NCBI RefSeq assembly: GCF_022846255.1
Contig: NZ_AP025682.1
Length of the DNA stretch: 64,000 nucleotides
Strand: one strand, 5' to 3'
DNA from: Escherichia coli
Lineage (GTDB): Bacteria; Pseudomonadota; Gammaproteobacteria; Enterobacterales; Enterobacteriaceae
Shown here: piece after piece, positions 10,231 through 19,774 of the stretch
Numbering within the stretch: the first letter of the stretch is position 1
Layout: each line of letters opens with the position of its first letter
The notes under the pieces: model-generated
The model's input: only the letters and a program-made list of their open reading frames with translations
What the model was told of the DNA's origin: nothing
Database searches by the model: none
Made by a program: the position numbers and the translations under genes

Positions 10231-11322
10231 ATGCGTTTTCTGCGCCGACCAATATCGCTGCGCCAACGGCTGATATTGACCATCGGGGCCATTTTGTTGG
10301 TGTTTGAGCTGATCAGCGTCTTCTGGCTATGGCATGAAAGTACCGAGCAGATTCAGCTGTTTGAGCAGGCGCTACGCGACAATCGTAACAACGATCGCCA
10401 CATCATGCGTGAGATCCGCGAGGCGGTCGCCAGCCTGATTGTCCCCGGCGTCTTTATGGTCAGCCTGACGCTATTTATCTGCTATCAGGCGGTACGCCGC
10501 ATCACCCGCCCGCTGGCGGAGCTGCAAAAAGAGCTGGAAGCGCGCACCGCCGACAACTTAACGCCCATTGCCATTCACAGCGCCACCCTCGAAATCGAAG
10601 CGGTGGTTTCGGCGTTAAACGATCTGGTCAGTCGCCTGACCAGCACGCTGGATAACGAAAGGTTGTTTACCGCTGACGTCGCGCACGAACTGCGAACGCC
10701 ACTGGCGGGGGTGCGTTTGCATCTGGAACTGCTGGCGAAAACGCATCACATTGATGTAGCACCGTTAGTGGCACGACTTGATCAGATGATGGAGAGCGTC
10801 TCCCAGCTGCTGCAACTGGCGCGTGCCGGACAGTCATTTTCTTCCGGTAATTATCAACATGTAAAACTGCTGGAAGATGTCATTCTCCCCTCGTATGACG
10901 AACTTAGTACCATGCTCGACCAGCGCCAGCAAACCCTGCTATTGCCAGAGAGCGCCGCCGACATCACCGTTCAGGGTGATGCAACCCTGCTGCGGATGTT
11001 ATTGCGAAACCTGGTAGAAAACGCCCATCGTTATAGCCCACAAGGCAGCAACATTATGATTAAGCTGCAAGAAGATGGCGGAGCGGTCATGGCCGTTGAA
11101 GATGAAGGGCCGGGTATTGATGAGAGTAAATGCGGGGAGTTGAGTAAAGCGTTTGTACGAATGGACAGCCGTTATGGCGGAATTGGTCTGGGGTTAAGTA
11201 TTGTCAGCCGCATTACACAGTTGCATCACGGGCAGTTTTTCCTGCAAAACCGGCAAGAGACTTCCGGCACGCGGGCCTGGATACGGCTGAAAAAAGATCA
11301 GTACGTGGCAAACCAGATATAA
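10231..11322 (+). CDS. basS: sensor histidine kinase BasS/PmrB
   Basis: ORF track begins at TTG 10222; the ATG at 10231 gives 363 aa; HisKA H-box (ADVAHELRTPL) and ATPase domain. Confidence 0.88.
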   Translation: MRFLRRPISLRQRLILTIGAILLVFELISVFWLWHESTEQIQLFEQALRDNRNNDRHIMREIREAVASLIVPGVFMVSLTLFICYQAVRRITRPLAELQKELEARTADNLTPIAIHSATLEIEAVVSALNDLVSRLTSTLDNERLFTADVAHELRTPLAGVRLHLELLAKTHHIDVAPLVARLDQMMESVSQLLQLARAGQSFSSGNYQHVKLLEDVILPSYDELSTMLDQRQQTLLLPESAADITVQGDATLLRMLLRNLVENAHRYSPQGSNIMIKLQEDGGAVMAVEDEGPGIDESKCGELSKAFVRMDSRYGGIGLGLSIVSRITQLHHGQFFLQNRQETSGTRAWIRLKKDQYVANQI

Positions 11323-11387
11323 AGAAAGCTGCTGACCACCAGCACGCTGAACACGGTAGTTAAACTTTCATAAACACGGTTTTTCAT
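11298..11387 (-). CDS. pmrR: 29-aa membrane peptide PmrR (MKNRVYESLTTVFSVLVVSSFLYIWFATY)
   Basis: Hand-translated small ORF missing from the ORF track; strong SD GGAGGAGAG upstream; single hydrophobic helix; overlaps the last 25 nt of basS on the opposite strand. Confidence 0.75.
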   Translation of the reverse strand: MKNRVYESLTTVFSVLVVSSFLYIWFATY

Positions 11388-11431
11388 TGCACTCTCCTCC
11401 GTTAACCTGGAGGAGAGTATGCGCGTCAGAG

Positions 11432-11448
11432 ATTAAGTGAACCTTAAG
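11432..11448 (-). promoter_or_regulatory. PmrA box-like CTTAAG-N5-CTTAAT (minus-strand reading) upstream of pmrR
   Basis: Plus strand attaag tgaac cttaag; the reverse complement reproduces the same half-site arrangement seen upstream of eptA. Confidence 0.5.
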
Positions 11449-11498
11449 AGTTCAATTGACCTGATAAGACAGCGTCACATCAGGCCATCCGTTTCAGC

Positions 11499-13001
11499 TT
11501 ATTCATCAATTCGCGGATGTTGCTGCACCAGGCGGGTACGTTTCGCCTGCAAATCGGCAATCTCGTGGTCAATATCATCGATTTTCTGCTCGATATTATC
11601 GTAATGCTCGACGAGAATTTCCTTCGCTTCCTGTATATCTGACGCCGCTGGTGTCGCACCTTTCAACGGTCGATTCGCCGTCTCTTTCATGGTTACGCCG
11701 GTGATTAAACCAACCACCGCCACTACCATCAGGTAATAGGCAGGCATCATCAGATTCTGCGAGCTTTCGACCAGCCAGGCCGCCAGCGTTGGCGTCAGAC
11801 CGGCAACCAGCACCGAAATATTAAATGCCGCCGCCAGCGCGCTGTAACGGATATGCGTCGGGAACATCGCAGGCAAGGTAGAAGCCATAACGCCCGTAAA
11901 GCAGTTAAGGATCACCGCCAGCATCAATAAGCCGGCAAAAATCAGGCCGATGACGTTACTGTTAATCAGAATAAACGCCGGGATCGCCAACACAAACAGT
12001 GCAACACTACCAAGAAGCACAAACGGACGACGGCCAAAACGGTCACTCAGCAAGCCCATCACCGGTTGAACAAACAGCATACCGATCATAATGGCGATAA
12101 TAATCAGCACCCCGTGGTCTTCGGAGTAATGCAGGTTATGCGACAAATAACTCGGCATATAGGTCAGCAACATGTAGTAAGTCACGTTGGTGGCAATTAC
12201 CAGACCAATACATGTCAACAGGCTGCGCCAGTGTTTGGTGGCAATCTCTTTAAACGAGACTTTCGGGCCATCCTGCAAACCTTCGCGGTCGCCCTGTTCC
12301 AGTTTATCGACATGCTGCTGGAACGCCGGAGTCTCTTCCAGCGCATGGCGCAGGTAAAGCCCGATAATCCCTAACGGCAGAGCGATAAAGAACGGAATAC
12401 GCCAGCCCCAATCGAGGAAGTTCTCTTCGCCGACAATGGTCGAAATTAACACCACTACGCCAGCTCCCAGCACAAACCCGGCAATAGAACCAAAGTCCAG
12501 CCAGCTGCCCATAAAGCCACGTTTACGGTCAGGGGAGTATTCCGCAACAAATATTGACGCCCCGGTATATTCACCGCCGACCGAGAAACCTTGTGCCATC
12601 TTACAGATCAACAGCAGAATCGGTGCCCAAATACCAATCGTGTCGTAGGACGGTATTAAGCCAATACAGAACGTACTGATCGACATAATCACAATAGTGA
12701 TAGCGAGGATCTTCTGGCGACCATATTTATCGCCCAACATACCAAAGAAGAGCCCGCCAAGCGGTCGAATCAGAAAGGGAACGGAGAAAGTGGCGAGTGC
12801 AGCAACCATCTGCACGCTGGGGTCAGCCCCCGGGAAAAAAACTTTACCTAATGCGTAAGCAACAAAACCATAAACACCAAAATCGAACCATTCCATTGCA
12901 TTACCCAGTGATGCTGCGGTAATGGCTTTACGCAGTTTACCGTCATCAATAATGGTGACATCACGAAGGGTAATCGGTTTTACTTTTTTCCTTTTCAGCA
13001 T
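11499..13001 (-). CDS. proP: proline/glycine betaine:H+ symporter, osmosensing MFS transporter
   Basis: ORF track 11499..13034 trimmed to the start giving 500 aa (MLKRKKVKPITL...); MFS with C-terminal coiled-coil. Confidence 0.9.
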   Translation of the reverse strand: MLKRKKVKPITLRDVTIIDDGKLRKAITAASLGNAMEWFDFGVYGFVAYALGKVFFPGADPSVQMVAALATFSVPFLIRPLGGLFFGMLGDKYGRQKILAITIVIMSISTFCIGLIPSYDTIGIWAPILLLICKMAQGFSVGGEYTGASIFVAEYSPDRKRGFMGSWLDFGSIAGFVLGAGVVVLISTIVGEENFLDWGWRIPFFIALPLGIIGLYLRHALEETPAFQQHVDKLEQGDREGLQDGPKVSFKEIATKHWRSLLTCIGLVIATNVTYYMLLTYMPSYLSHNLHYSEDHGVLIIIAIMIGMLFVQPVMGLLSDRFGRRPFVLLGSVALFVLAIPAFILINSNVIGLIFAGLLMLAVILNCFTGVMASTLPAMFPTHIRYSALAAAFNISVLVAGLTPTLAAWLVESSQNLMMPAYYLMVVAVVGLITGVTMKETANRPLKGATPAASDIQEAKEILVEHYDNIEQKIDDIDHEIADLQAKRTRLVQQHPRIDE

Positions 13002-13264
13002 AGCTTTCCTCGCAGAGTTGGCCCATTTCCGCAAACGCCAGAAAAATCAGCGCGACGGCCGCAAAAGGGGAGCGGGAATTGCAGGATGCAATCTCTGTAA
13101 CAAGCGTAGCGGGTTTGCTTACACCCTCCGGTTAAGGAATGTACAATCAAACCAGTTGACGCCTGAATTGGGCAGTTAATGACCTTTTTACCCTACCAGT
13201 GTTTAAATTTGTGATCAACTTCACACATGTATTTCGTTTAGGACTCATTGGTGTAACTGATTAT

Positions 13265-14143
13265 TTACACCAAATTTACAGAGAAGATTTCCTCGACCAT
13301 TGCCCCCGCCAGACGCTGCGCTGAACAGAGTCGTGGCATCCCCAGCGCGACAGTTTGCCAACGTTGGGTCACTGACCAGCAAACGGGTTGTTTATCTGCC
13401 GTGGTCCACTTTCCCAGCCAACTTAAAAAATCAGCATGATCCCCGCCCGTCGGAATGGTCGAAGAGGCAAACCACTGATGGTAATAGTGACGCGTGGTCG
13501 GGGCCGCATTGATACTCTCTGCCAGATGTTGTGTCGCTTTCACGCGCAAATCACCCAGCAACAACGCCACCGCTTGCGGGCTTCCCAGACGAAAGGCATC
13601 GCCAAATGCACCCCAGCGCAACTCCTCCAGAACGATAAAACAGCGCCCAGGCAACGACCAGGCGTTATACGCCCCAGCACGCCAGCGGGTAAAAATTTGC
13701 TCGCTCTGATCACCTGCCTGCACCAGTAGGCCTCGTTGCGTTAACGCCTTTTCCTTCCAGCGACAACGGGCTGAAAACCACTCATACAAGGCGGCTATTT
13801 GCTGGGGGAGCTCAGGGAAAGCAGAGTGCTGGCGGTGATCCATTTTTTGCAGCAGCGCCAGATGTTGCGCGATCTGCGTCAGCGCCAGATGACCGGGATC
13901 CAGCATCGACGCCAGTTTTTCCACCAATGTCAGACGCAGGCTAAGCGGCGCATTTAACATCCCGCCGTTCGTCCATGCCTGAAGCTGCACACGCGCAAGA
14001 AGTTCCTGCATCAGTCGTTCACGAAACTGCTGCTGATGGGCTTGTGGATGGCGGGCATCATCGCCCTGCGCCAGATCCACTAAAAAGCGCGGATGAACCG
14101 ACTCCAGCACGCGACCGGGGCCGTCCAGTAACGTCTTGGTCAA
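13265..14143 (-). CDS. yjcZ: conserved protein YjcZ (CrfC partner)
   Basis: ORF track 292 aa; 4-nt overlap with the upstream crfC stop suggests co-translation. Confidence 0.8.
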   Translation of the reverse strand: MTKTLLDGPGRVLESVHPRFLVDLAQGDDARHPQAHQQQFRERLMQELLARVQLQAWTNGGMLNAPLSLRLTLVEKLASMLDPGHLALTQIAQHLALLQKMDHRQHSAFPELPQQIAALYEWFSARCRWKEKALTQRGLLVQAGDQSEQIFTRWRAGAYNAWSLPGRCFIVLEELRWGAFGDAFRLGSPQAVALLLGDLRVKATQHLAESINAAPTTRHYYHQWFASSTIPTGGDHADFLSWLGKWTTADKQPVCWSVTQRWQTVALGMPRLCSAQRLAGAMVEEIFSVNLV

Positions 14144-16368
14144 TATCGTTCTGCCGTGAAAAGTGTTTGAATATCATCGCGTAACAGCTGAGCGTCGGTG
14201 CAAATCCAGCTGTGAGTCATCACAGCCTGCTGCAATTGCTGCTGCATCAGCCTGACCACCGATTCATTTTGTTGACGCAGAGCCAGGCTTTCGCGTAAAC
14301 GCGTCTGTAATTCCGTCAAACATGAAGCGAACTCAGCGAAAAAAGTATTCATGCCTGCCGTAACAGATTCATCGACCTGCTCTGCCAGAACTTTAGCCAT
14401 TTGTTGGCAATAAAGATCGACTTCTGCGCTTAATGCTCGTTGCAACACACTGTAATCAACCGTCTCTGTCGGGGATTTCTCATTTCCCCGTCCCCAGTCG
14501 GGCTGATTCAACCAGCGCGAAAAAGTCTCACGCACAACGCCTAAACGCGTGCTCTGCTCGTCCGTTGCTTCCTGGCGCGAAATGACTTCACTGAACAGCT
14601 GGCGAGTGTTGAAGTGGGGAACTGCGCCGTGAAAAACAGGAAAATGAAACCCAGGACGAAACCCTGACTCGCTCAATTCCATTTTGATTTGTTGCTCAAT
14701 GGGGCGAATAACATCGGTTAACACCCGGCAAAGGGTAGATTCCAGCTCGGCAAAACGCAGCGTAAAGTCGCGACAGATGGTGTTCTGCGCCGTCTGTAAC
14801 AGTGTCTCACAGCGGGTACGAATCTCGCTTAACGGCTCCGAATCATCCTGAAACAACGCGGCTAACTGTGCATTCAGCGCATCTTGCTGTTGACGCAGAA
14901 AGTGGTTGGCGGAGGTCAGGGCCAGCTCGATTTCATGTTTAATCTCGCCGCTCACCTGCGCCTGATTGAGTTGAAATAGCTGCAAACTTTCTTCGACCTG
15001 ATGGATATTTTGCCGCAATTGTTCACAAGCGACGTTTAACCCGTGCGCACGAAAATCCAGGTATTCCCGCGCCTGCTGCGCGTAATTCAACAGTTTATGC
15101 ACGGCAGATCGCAGAGCATACAACGAGGCGTTAGCGTAAGCGGCATGAAGCAACGCCTGAATTGGCTGGGCGAACAGCGAATCTTCCCACAACTGATCGG
15201 CAGCATGACGAATATGTTCGAGGTCAGCCAGATCGGCATGACGCCAGCGCCTGCCGAGCGCGGCATGGGCAAAATCTTCCACCCAGCGTTGTTGTTGGGG
15301 GTCCGGCAGTCTGCCGCTGCTAGCTAACTCATGGCGAGCCCGATTCGCCAGATAGCCCCACATCGAAGATACCGGAAATATCTGCCCTGGCGTAACGCAG
15401 CCTTTCATCAACGTCCCGGAAATCAGCGCCCGCACCTGTTCGGCGTCGTCACTGTTACGATCCTGTTGATCGAACTTATTGACCAGCACATACAGCGGCA
15501 CCGATTGCCCCACCGCCAAAATCGCCTCACGGACCTCTTCATCGGAGATCGATTTCAGTTGCGTATAATCCAGCACCGCCAGTACCGCCGAGGCGCGTGC
15601 CAGCTGCTGGTTAAGCATTTTTTGCAGATGCGGTTGCCCGGCTTCATTTGGCCCGGGGGTATCCAGTAACGTCAATTGACCGGGATAACTCTCCAGCCCC
15701 GCCAGATGGACAAACTCCACTTCAATCACGGGAATATGCTCAATGGCGGCGTAAGCAGAAAAAGGAAAATCGACGTCCAGCGCCTTCGCCAGTCGCACCA
15801 AATCATTCAAACTTTTCAGACAATGAAAAATAGGCTGGGCACCCAGATAATATTTTTCGAAAGCGACGCCATTTTCGATCCGCTGCATAAGCGCACGCAT
15901 ATCTTTATCTATTTCCAGCACATCGGTCAGATGCTTAATATCGCAATCACGCAGGCGCTGTTGTAATTTTTGAATTAAACAATCGATTGGCGCGACATGT
16001 GAAAAATGCAGTACCGGTTCCTTTTGCCCGGGCGTATGGCGAATAAGCGTCGGCAGCGCAGTCATTGGGCGATTACGATTAGGCAAAACCTCCGTACCAA
16101 CAATGGCATTAATGGTGGTTGATTTCCCTGCTTTCATGGTACCGACAATCGCCAGCACCATTTCCAGTCGGGAAATTTTACGCAACTCATTATTCAGCAT
16201 CGCGTGACGTTCGGCGATATTAGGCTGACTCCAGGGTAAAGCCAGTTGTGGCGCATCGTCTCCTGGGACAGAGAGAGGCATTTTTTCCAGTAACTGCAAC
16301 TGTTGGCGAGAAAGCTGTAACAGGCGTTCAGCCTCCTGACTTAACTCATACAGGGTCTGTGTGTACAT
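14140..16368 (-). CDS. crfC: dynamin-like GTPase CrfC (YjdA)
   Basis: ORF track 742 aa; P-loop GTMKAGKST near the N-terminus; long coiled-coil regions. Confidence 0.85.
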   Translation of the reverse strand: MYTQTLYELSQEAERLLQLSRQQLQLLEKMPLSVPGDDAPQLALPWSQPNIAERHAMLNNELRKISRLEMVLAIVGTMKAGKSTTINAIVGTEVLPNRNRPMTALPTLIRHTPGQKEPVLHFSHVAPIDCLIQKLQQRLRDCDIKHLTDVLEIDKDMRALMQRIENGVAFEKYYLGAQPIFHCLKSLNDLVRLAKALDVDFPFSAYAAIEHIPVIEVEFVHLAGLESYPGQLTLLDTPGPNEAGQPHLQKMLNQQLARASAVLAVLDYTQLKSISDEEVREAILAVGQSVPLYVLVNKFDQQDRNSDDAEQVRALISGTLMKGCVTPGQIFPVSSMWGYLANRARHELASSGRLPDPQQQRWVEDFAHAALGRRWRHADLADLEHIRHAADQLWEDSLFAQPIQALLHAAYANASLYALRSAVHKLLNYAQQAREYLDFRAHGLNVACEQLRQNIHQVEESLQLFQLNQAQVSGEIKHEIELALTSANHFLRQQQDALNAQLAALFQDDSEPLSEIRTRCETLLQTAQNTICRDFTLRFAELESTLCRVLTDVIRPIEQQIKMELSESGFRPGFHFPVFHGAVPHFNTRQLFSEVISRQEATDEQSTRLGVVRETFSRWLNQPDWGRGNEKSPTETVDYSVLQRALSAEVDLYCQQMAKVLAEQVDESVTAGMNTFFAEFASCLTELQTRLRESLALRQQNESVVRLMQQQLQQAVMTHSWICTDAQLLRDDIQTLFTAERY

Positions 16369-16769
16369 AGAAAATTCTTCCTTAAAGCAAATTTTGTTAC
16401 TTTTATTTAGCCAGATTGTTTTTGAGTTCTGTTTTCGGCTTTTATAATTACTGCAAGAAATAATTTTATATTTAGAGTGTTGTTTTTTATTAGAATAAAT
16501 AATGTCTTCCGATACGTTTAAAACGTCAGAAAGATAAAAATATCATTTGAATTAAAAAAAGAACAAGTAGAGCATTAACCTTATCTTAAATAATAAATGG
16601 AGGCAAAAAGATTATTTTCTTTTTGCGTTTCCTTTCAAATGAAAACGATCGTCGTCTAAAATCAGCAGTACCCCCGACAAACTCAGGGATTTTGTGTATA
16701 ATTGCGGCCTTTTTCGGCAATCTGCCGTTTTTTGGCGCTTTTGCCCTGCTGACTTTTGAGGAAATCCAC

Positions 16770-17105
16770 ATGTCATTACCACACTGCCCAAAATGCAACT
16801 CCGAATACACCTACGAAGATAACGGCATGTACATCTGCCCGGAATGTGCCTACGAATGGAACGACGCAGAACCTGCACAGGAAAGCGACGAGCTGATCGT
16901 TAAAGATGCTAACGGCAATCTGCTGGCTGACGGCGACAGCGTTACCATCATTAAAGATCTGAAGGTGAAAGGTAGCTCTTCGATGCTGAAAATTGGCACC
17001 AAAGTGAAAAACATCCGCCTGGTTGAAGGCGACCATAACATCGATTGCAAAATCGACGGTTTTGGTCCGATGAAACTGAAATCTGAGTTTGTGAAAAAGA
17101 ACTGA
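16770..17105 (+). CDS. yjdM: zinc-ribbon protein YjdM (PhnA)
   Basis: ORF track 16623..17105 trimmed to ATG 16770 (111 aa, [19 protein letters not shown]...); CxxC...CxxC zinc ribbon. Confidence 0.85.
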
Positions 17106-17123
17106 TTGTATTGTGATCGGTAA

Positions 17124-17199
17124 GCCGGATAAGGCGCTCGCGCCGCATCCGGCAACGATGCCGACAGCCTGATGCGACGCTGACCGCGTCTTATCAGGC
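17124..17199. repeat. REP (repetitive extragenic palindrome) pair
   Basis: gccggataaggcgctcgcgccgcatccggc and gcctgatgcgacgctgaccgcgtcttatcaggc; typical REP stem-loops. Confidence 0.75.
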
Positions 17200-17264
17200 T
17201 TCCCTCTCATCTGTATAAATTTCGAACTACACTTAACTGGCTTCTCTTAACTGAGGTCACCATC

Positions 17265-17708
17265 ATGCCGTTAAGTCCCTACCTCTCTTTTGCCGGTAAC
17301 TGTGCCGACGCAATTGCTTATTATCAACGTACGTTGGGCGCTGAACTGCTCTATAAAATCAGCTTCGGCGAAATGCCAAAATCAGCGCAGGACAGCGCCG
17401 AGAACTGCCCTTCCGGAATGCAATTTCCCGATACCGCCATCGCCCACGCCAATGTGCGCATTGCCGGAAGCGATATCATGATGAGCGATGCTATACCGTC
17501 AGGAAAAGCCAGCTACTCCGGCTTTACGCTGGTGCTCGATTCGCAACAGGTCGAAGAAGGAAAACGCTGGTTTGACAACCTTGCCGCTAACGGAAAAATC
17601 GAAATGGCCTGGCAGGAAACTTTCTGGGCGCATGGCTTCGGCAAAGTCACCGATAAATTTGGCGTACCGTGGATGATTAATGTCGTCAAACAACAACCAA
17701 CGCACTAA
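17265..17708 (+). CDS. yjdN: glyoxalase/bleomycin-resistance-fold protein YjdN (PhnB)
   Basis: ORF track 147 aa. Confidence 0.8.
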   Translation: MPLSPYLSFAGNCADAIAYYQRTLGAELLYKISFGEMPKSAQDSAENCPSGMQFPDTAIAHANVRIAGSDIMMSDAIPSGKASYSGFTLVLDSQQVEEGKRWFDNLAANGKIEMAWQETFWAHGFGKVTDKFGVPWMINVVKQQPTH

Positions 17709-17763
17709 CCCGCCGGGAGGGCCGCCCTCCCGCACTGTCATCGAATTCCCGTTAACTCTTCAT

Positions 17764-17796
17764 CTGTTAGTCACTTTTAATTAACCAAATCGTCAC
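17764..17796 (+). promoter_or_regulatory. putative Pho box (PhoB-binding direct repeats) of the phnC promoter
   Basis: ctgttagtcac ttttaattaac caaatcgtcac, 11-nt phased repeats with TGTYA/GTCAC cores about 45 to 75 nt upstream of the phnC ATG; another CTGTCAT at 17735. Confidence 0.5.
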
Positions 17797-17840
17797 AATA
17801 ATCCGCCACGATGGAGCCACTTTTTTAGGGAGGCTGCATC

Positions 17841-18629
17841 ATGCAAACGATTATCCGTGTCGAGAAGCTCGCCAAAACCTTCAATCAGCATCAGGCGCTG
17901 CACGCGGTTGATCTGAACATTCATCACGGTGAAATGGTGGCTCTGCTTGGGCCGTCGGGTTCCGGCAAATCCACCCTTTTACGTCACTTAAGCGGTTTGA
18001 TTACCGGCGATAAATCTGCCGGTAGCCATATCGAGCTGCTGGGCCGCACAGTCCAGCGCGAAGGCCGCCTGGCCCGCGATATCCGCAAAAGCCGCGCCAA
18101 CACCGGCTACATCTTCCAACAATTCAACCTGGTGAATCGCCTGAGCGTACTGGAGAACGTGCTGATTGGCGCGCTCGGCAGCACGCCATTCTGGCGCACC
18201 TGTTTTAGCTACTTCACCCGCGAGCAGAAACAGCGCGCGTTACAGGCGCTGACCCGCGTTGGCATGGTGCACTTTGCCCATCAGCGCGTTTCCACACTCT
18301 CCGGCGGCCAGCAACAGCGTGTGGCGATTGCCCGCGCGCTGATGCAGCAGGCGAAGGTGATTCTGGCCGATGAACCCATCGCCTCGCTGGACCCGGAATC
18401 AGCGCGCATCGTGATGGACACCCTGCGCGACATCAACCAGAACGACGGCATTACCGTGGTCGTCACGCTGCATCAGGTGGATTACGCCCTGCGCTACTGC
18501 GAACGCATCGTCGCCCTGCGCCAGGGGCACGTCTTCTACGACGGCAGCAGCCAACAGTTTGATAACGAACGTTTTGACCATCTCTACCGCAGCATTAACC
18601 GCGTCGAAGAGAACGCGAAAGCTGCCTGA
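17841..18629 (+). CDS. phnC: phosphonate ABC transporter ATP-binding protein
   Basis: ORF track 262 aa; Walker [13 protein letters not shown] signature LSGGQQQR. Confidence 0.9.
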   Translation: MQTIIRVEKLAKTFNQHQALHAVDLNIHHGEMVALLGPSGSGKSTLLRHLSGLITGDKSAGSHIELLGRTVQREGRLARDIRKSRANTGYIFQQFNLVNRLSVLENVLIGALGSTPFWRTCFSYFTREQKQRALQALTRVGMVHFAHQRVSTLSGGQQQRVAIARALMQQAKVILADEPIASLDPESARIVMDTLRDINQNDGITVVVTLHQVDYALRYCERIVALRQGHVFYDGSSQQFDNERFDHLYRSINRVEENAKAA

Positions 18630-18653
18630 CATCCCCATCATTGAGGAAAACGA

Positions 18654-19670
18654 ATGAACGCTAAGATAATTGCCTCGCTGGCCTTCACCAGCATGTTCAG
18701 CCTCAGCACCCTGTTAAGCCCGGCGCACGCCGAAGAGCAGGAAAAGGCGCTGAATTTCGGCATTATTTCAACGGAATCACAGCAAAACCTGAAACCGCAA
18801 TGGACGCCGTTCTTACAGGATATGGAAAAGAAGCTGGGCGTGAAAGTGAACGCCTTCTTTGCCCCGGACTACGCGGGCATTATCCAGGGAATGCGTTTTA
18901 ATAAAGTGGATATCGCCTGGTACGGCAACCTGTCGGCAATGGAAGCGGTGGATCGCGCCAACGGTCAGGTCTTCGCCCAGACGGTCGCGGCAGATGGATC
19001 GCCGGGTTACTGGAGCGTGTTGATCGTCAACAAAGATAGTCCGATCAACAACCTGAACGATCTGCTGGCGAAGCGGAAAGATCTCACCTTCGGCAATGGC
19101 GATCCTAACTCTACCTCCGGCTTCCTCGTCCCCGGTTACTACGTCTTCGCTAAAAACAATATCTCCGCCAGCGACTTTAAGCGCACCGTCAACGCCGGGC
19201 ATGAAACCAACGCCCTCGCCGTCGCTAACAAGCAAGTGGATGTCGCCACCAACAACACCGAAAACCTCGACAAGCTGAAAACCTCCGCGCCGGAGAAGCT
19301 GAAAGAACTGAAGGTGATCTGGAAATCACCGCTGATCCCTGGCGATCCGATCGTCTGGCGCAAAAATCTTTCCGAAACCACTAAAGACAAGATCTACGAC
19401 TTCTTTATGAATTACGGCAAAACGCCGGAAGAGAAAGCGGTGCTGGAACGCCTGGGCTGGGCCCCGTTCCGCGCCTCCAGCGACCTGCAACTGGTGCCGA
19501 TTCGCCAGCTCGCACTGTTTAAAGAGATGCAAAGCGTGAAGGACAACAAAGGGCTGAACGAACAGGACAAGCTGGCAAAAACCACTGCCATTCAGGTGCA
19601 ACTGGATGATTTGGACCGCCTGAACAACGCGTTAAGCGCAATGAGTTCGGTGAGTAAAGCGGTGCAGTAA
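18654..19670 (+). CDS. phnD: phosphonate ABC transporter periplasmic binding protein
   Basis: ORF track 338 aa; N-terminal signal peptide. Confidence 0.9.
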   Translation: MNAKIIASLAFTSMFSLSTLLSPAHAEEQEKALNFGIISTESQQNLKPQWTPFLQDMEKKLGVKVNAFFAPDYAGIIQGMRFNKVDIAWYGNLSAMEAVDRANGQVFAQTVAADGSPGYWSVLIVNKDSPINNLNDLLAKRKDLTFGNGDPNSTSGFLVPGYYVFAKNNISASDFKRTVNAGHETNALAVANKQVDVATNNTENLDKLKTSAPEKLKELKVIWKSPLIPGDPIVWRKNLSETTKDKIYDFFMNYGKTPEEKAVLERLGWAPFRASSDLQLVPIRQLALFKEMQSVKDNKGLNEQDKLAKTTAIQVQLDDLDRLNNALSAMSSVSKAVQ

Positions 19671-19673
19671 ATC

Positions 19674-19759
19674 GTAGGTCGGATAAGACGCCCGGCGTCG
19701 CATCCGACAATGTGCAGACGTTGATGCCGGATGCGGTGCAAGCACCTTATCCGGCCTAC
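19674..19759. repeat. REP pair between phnD and phnE
   Basis: gtaggtcggataagacgcccggcgtcgcatccgaca and gatgccggatgcggtgcaagcaccttatccggcctac. Confidence 0.75.
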
Positions 19760-19774
19760 AGACCGGAGCCAAAC

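Noticed and set aside
16597-16659. 20-codon [23 protein letters not shown] in the crfC/yjdM intergenic region
   Set aside because: No convincing ribosome binding site and no family resemblance; kept only as part of the AT-rich region finding
17124-17199. Possible CRISPR array or IS inverted repeats suggested by the recurring palindromic units (also at 19674, 24992, 46444 and 56911)
   Set aside because: The units are REP elements of about 35 nt, scattered singly or in pairs at gene ends with no regular spacers, cas genes or transposase ORF
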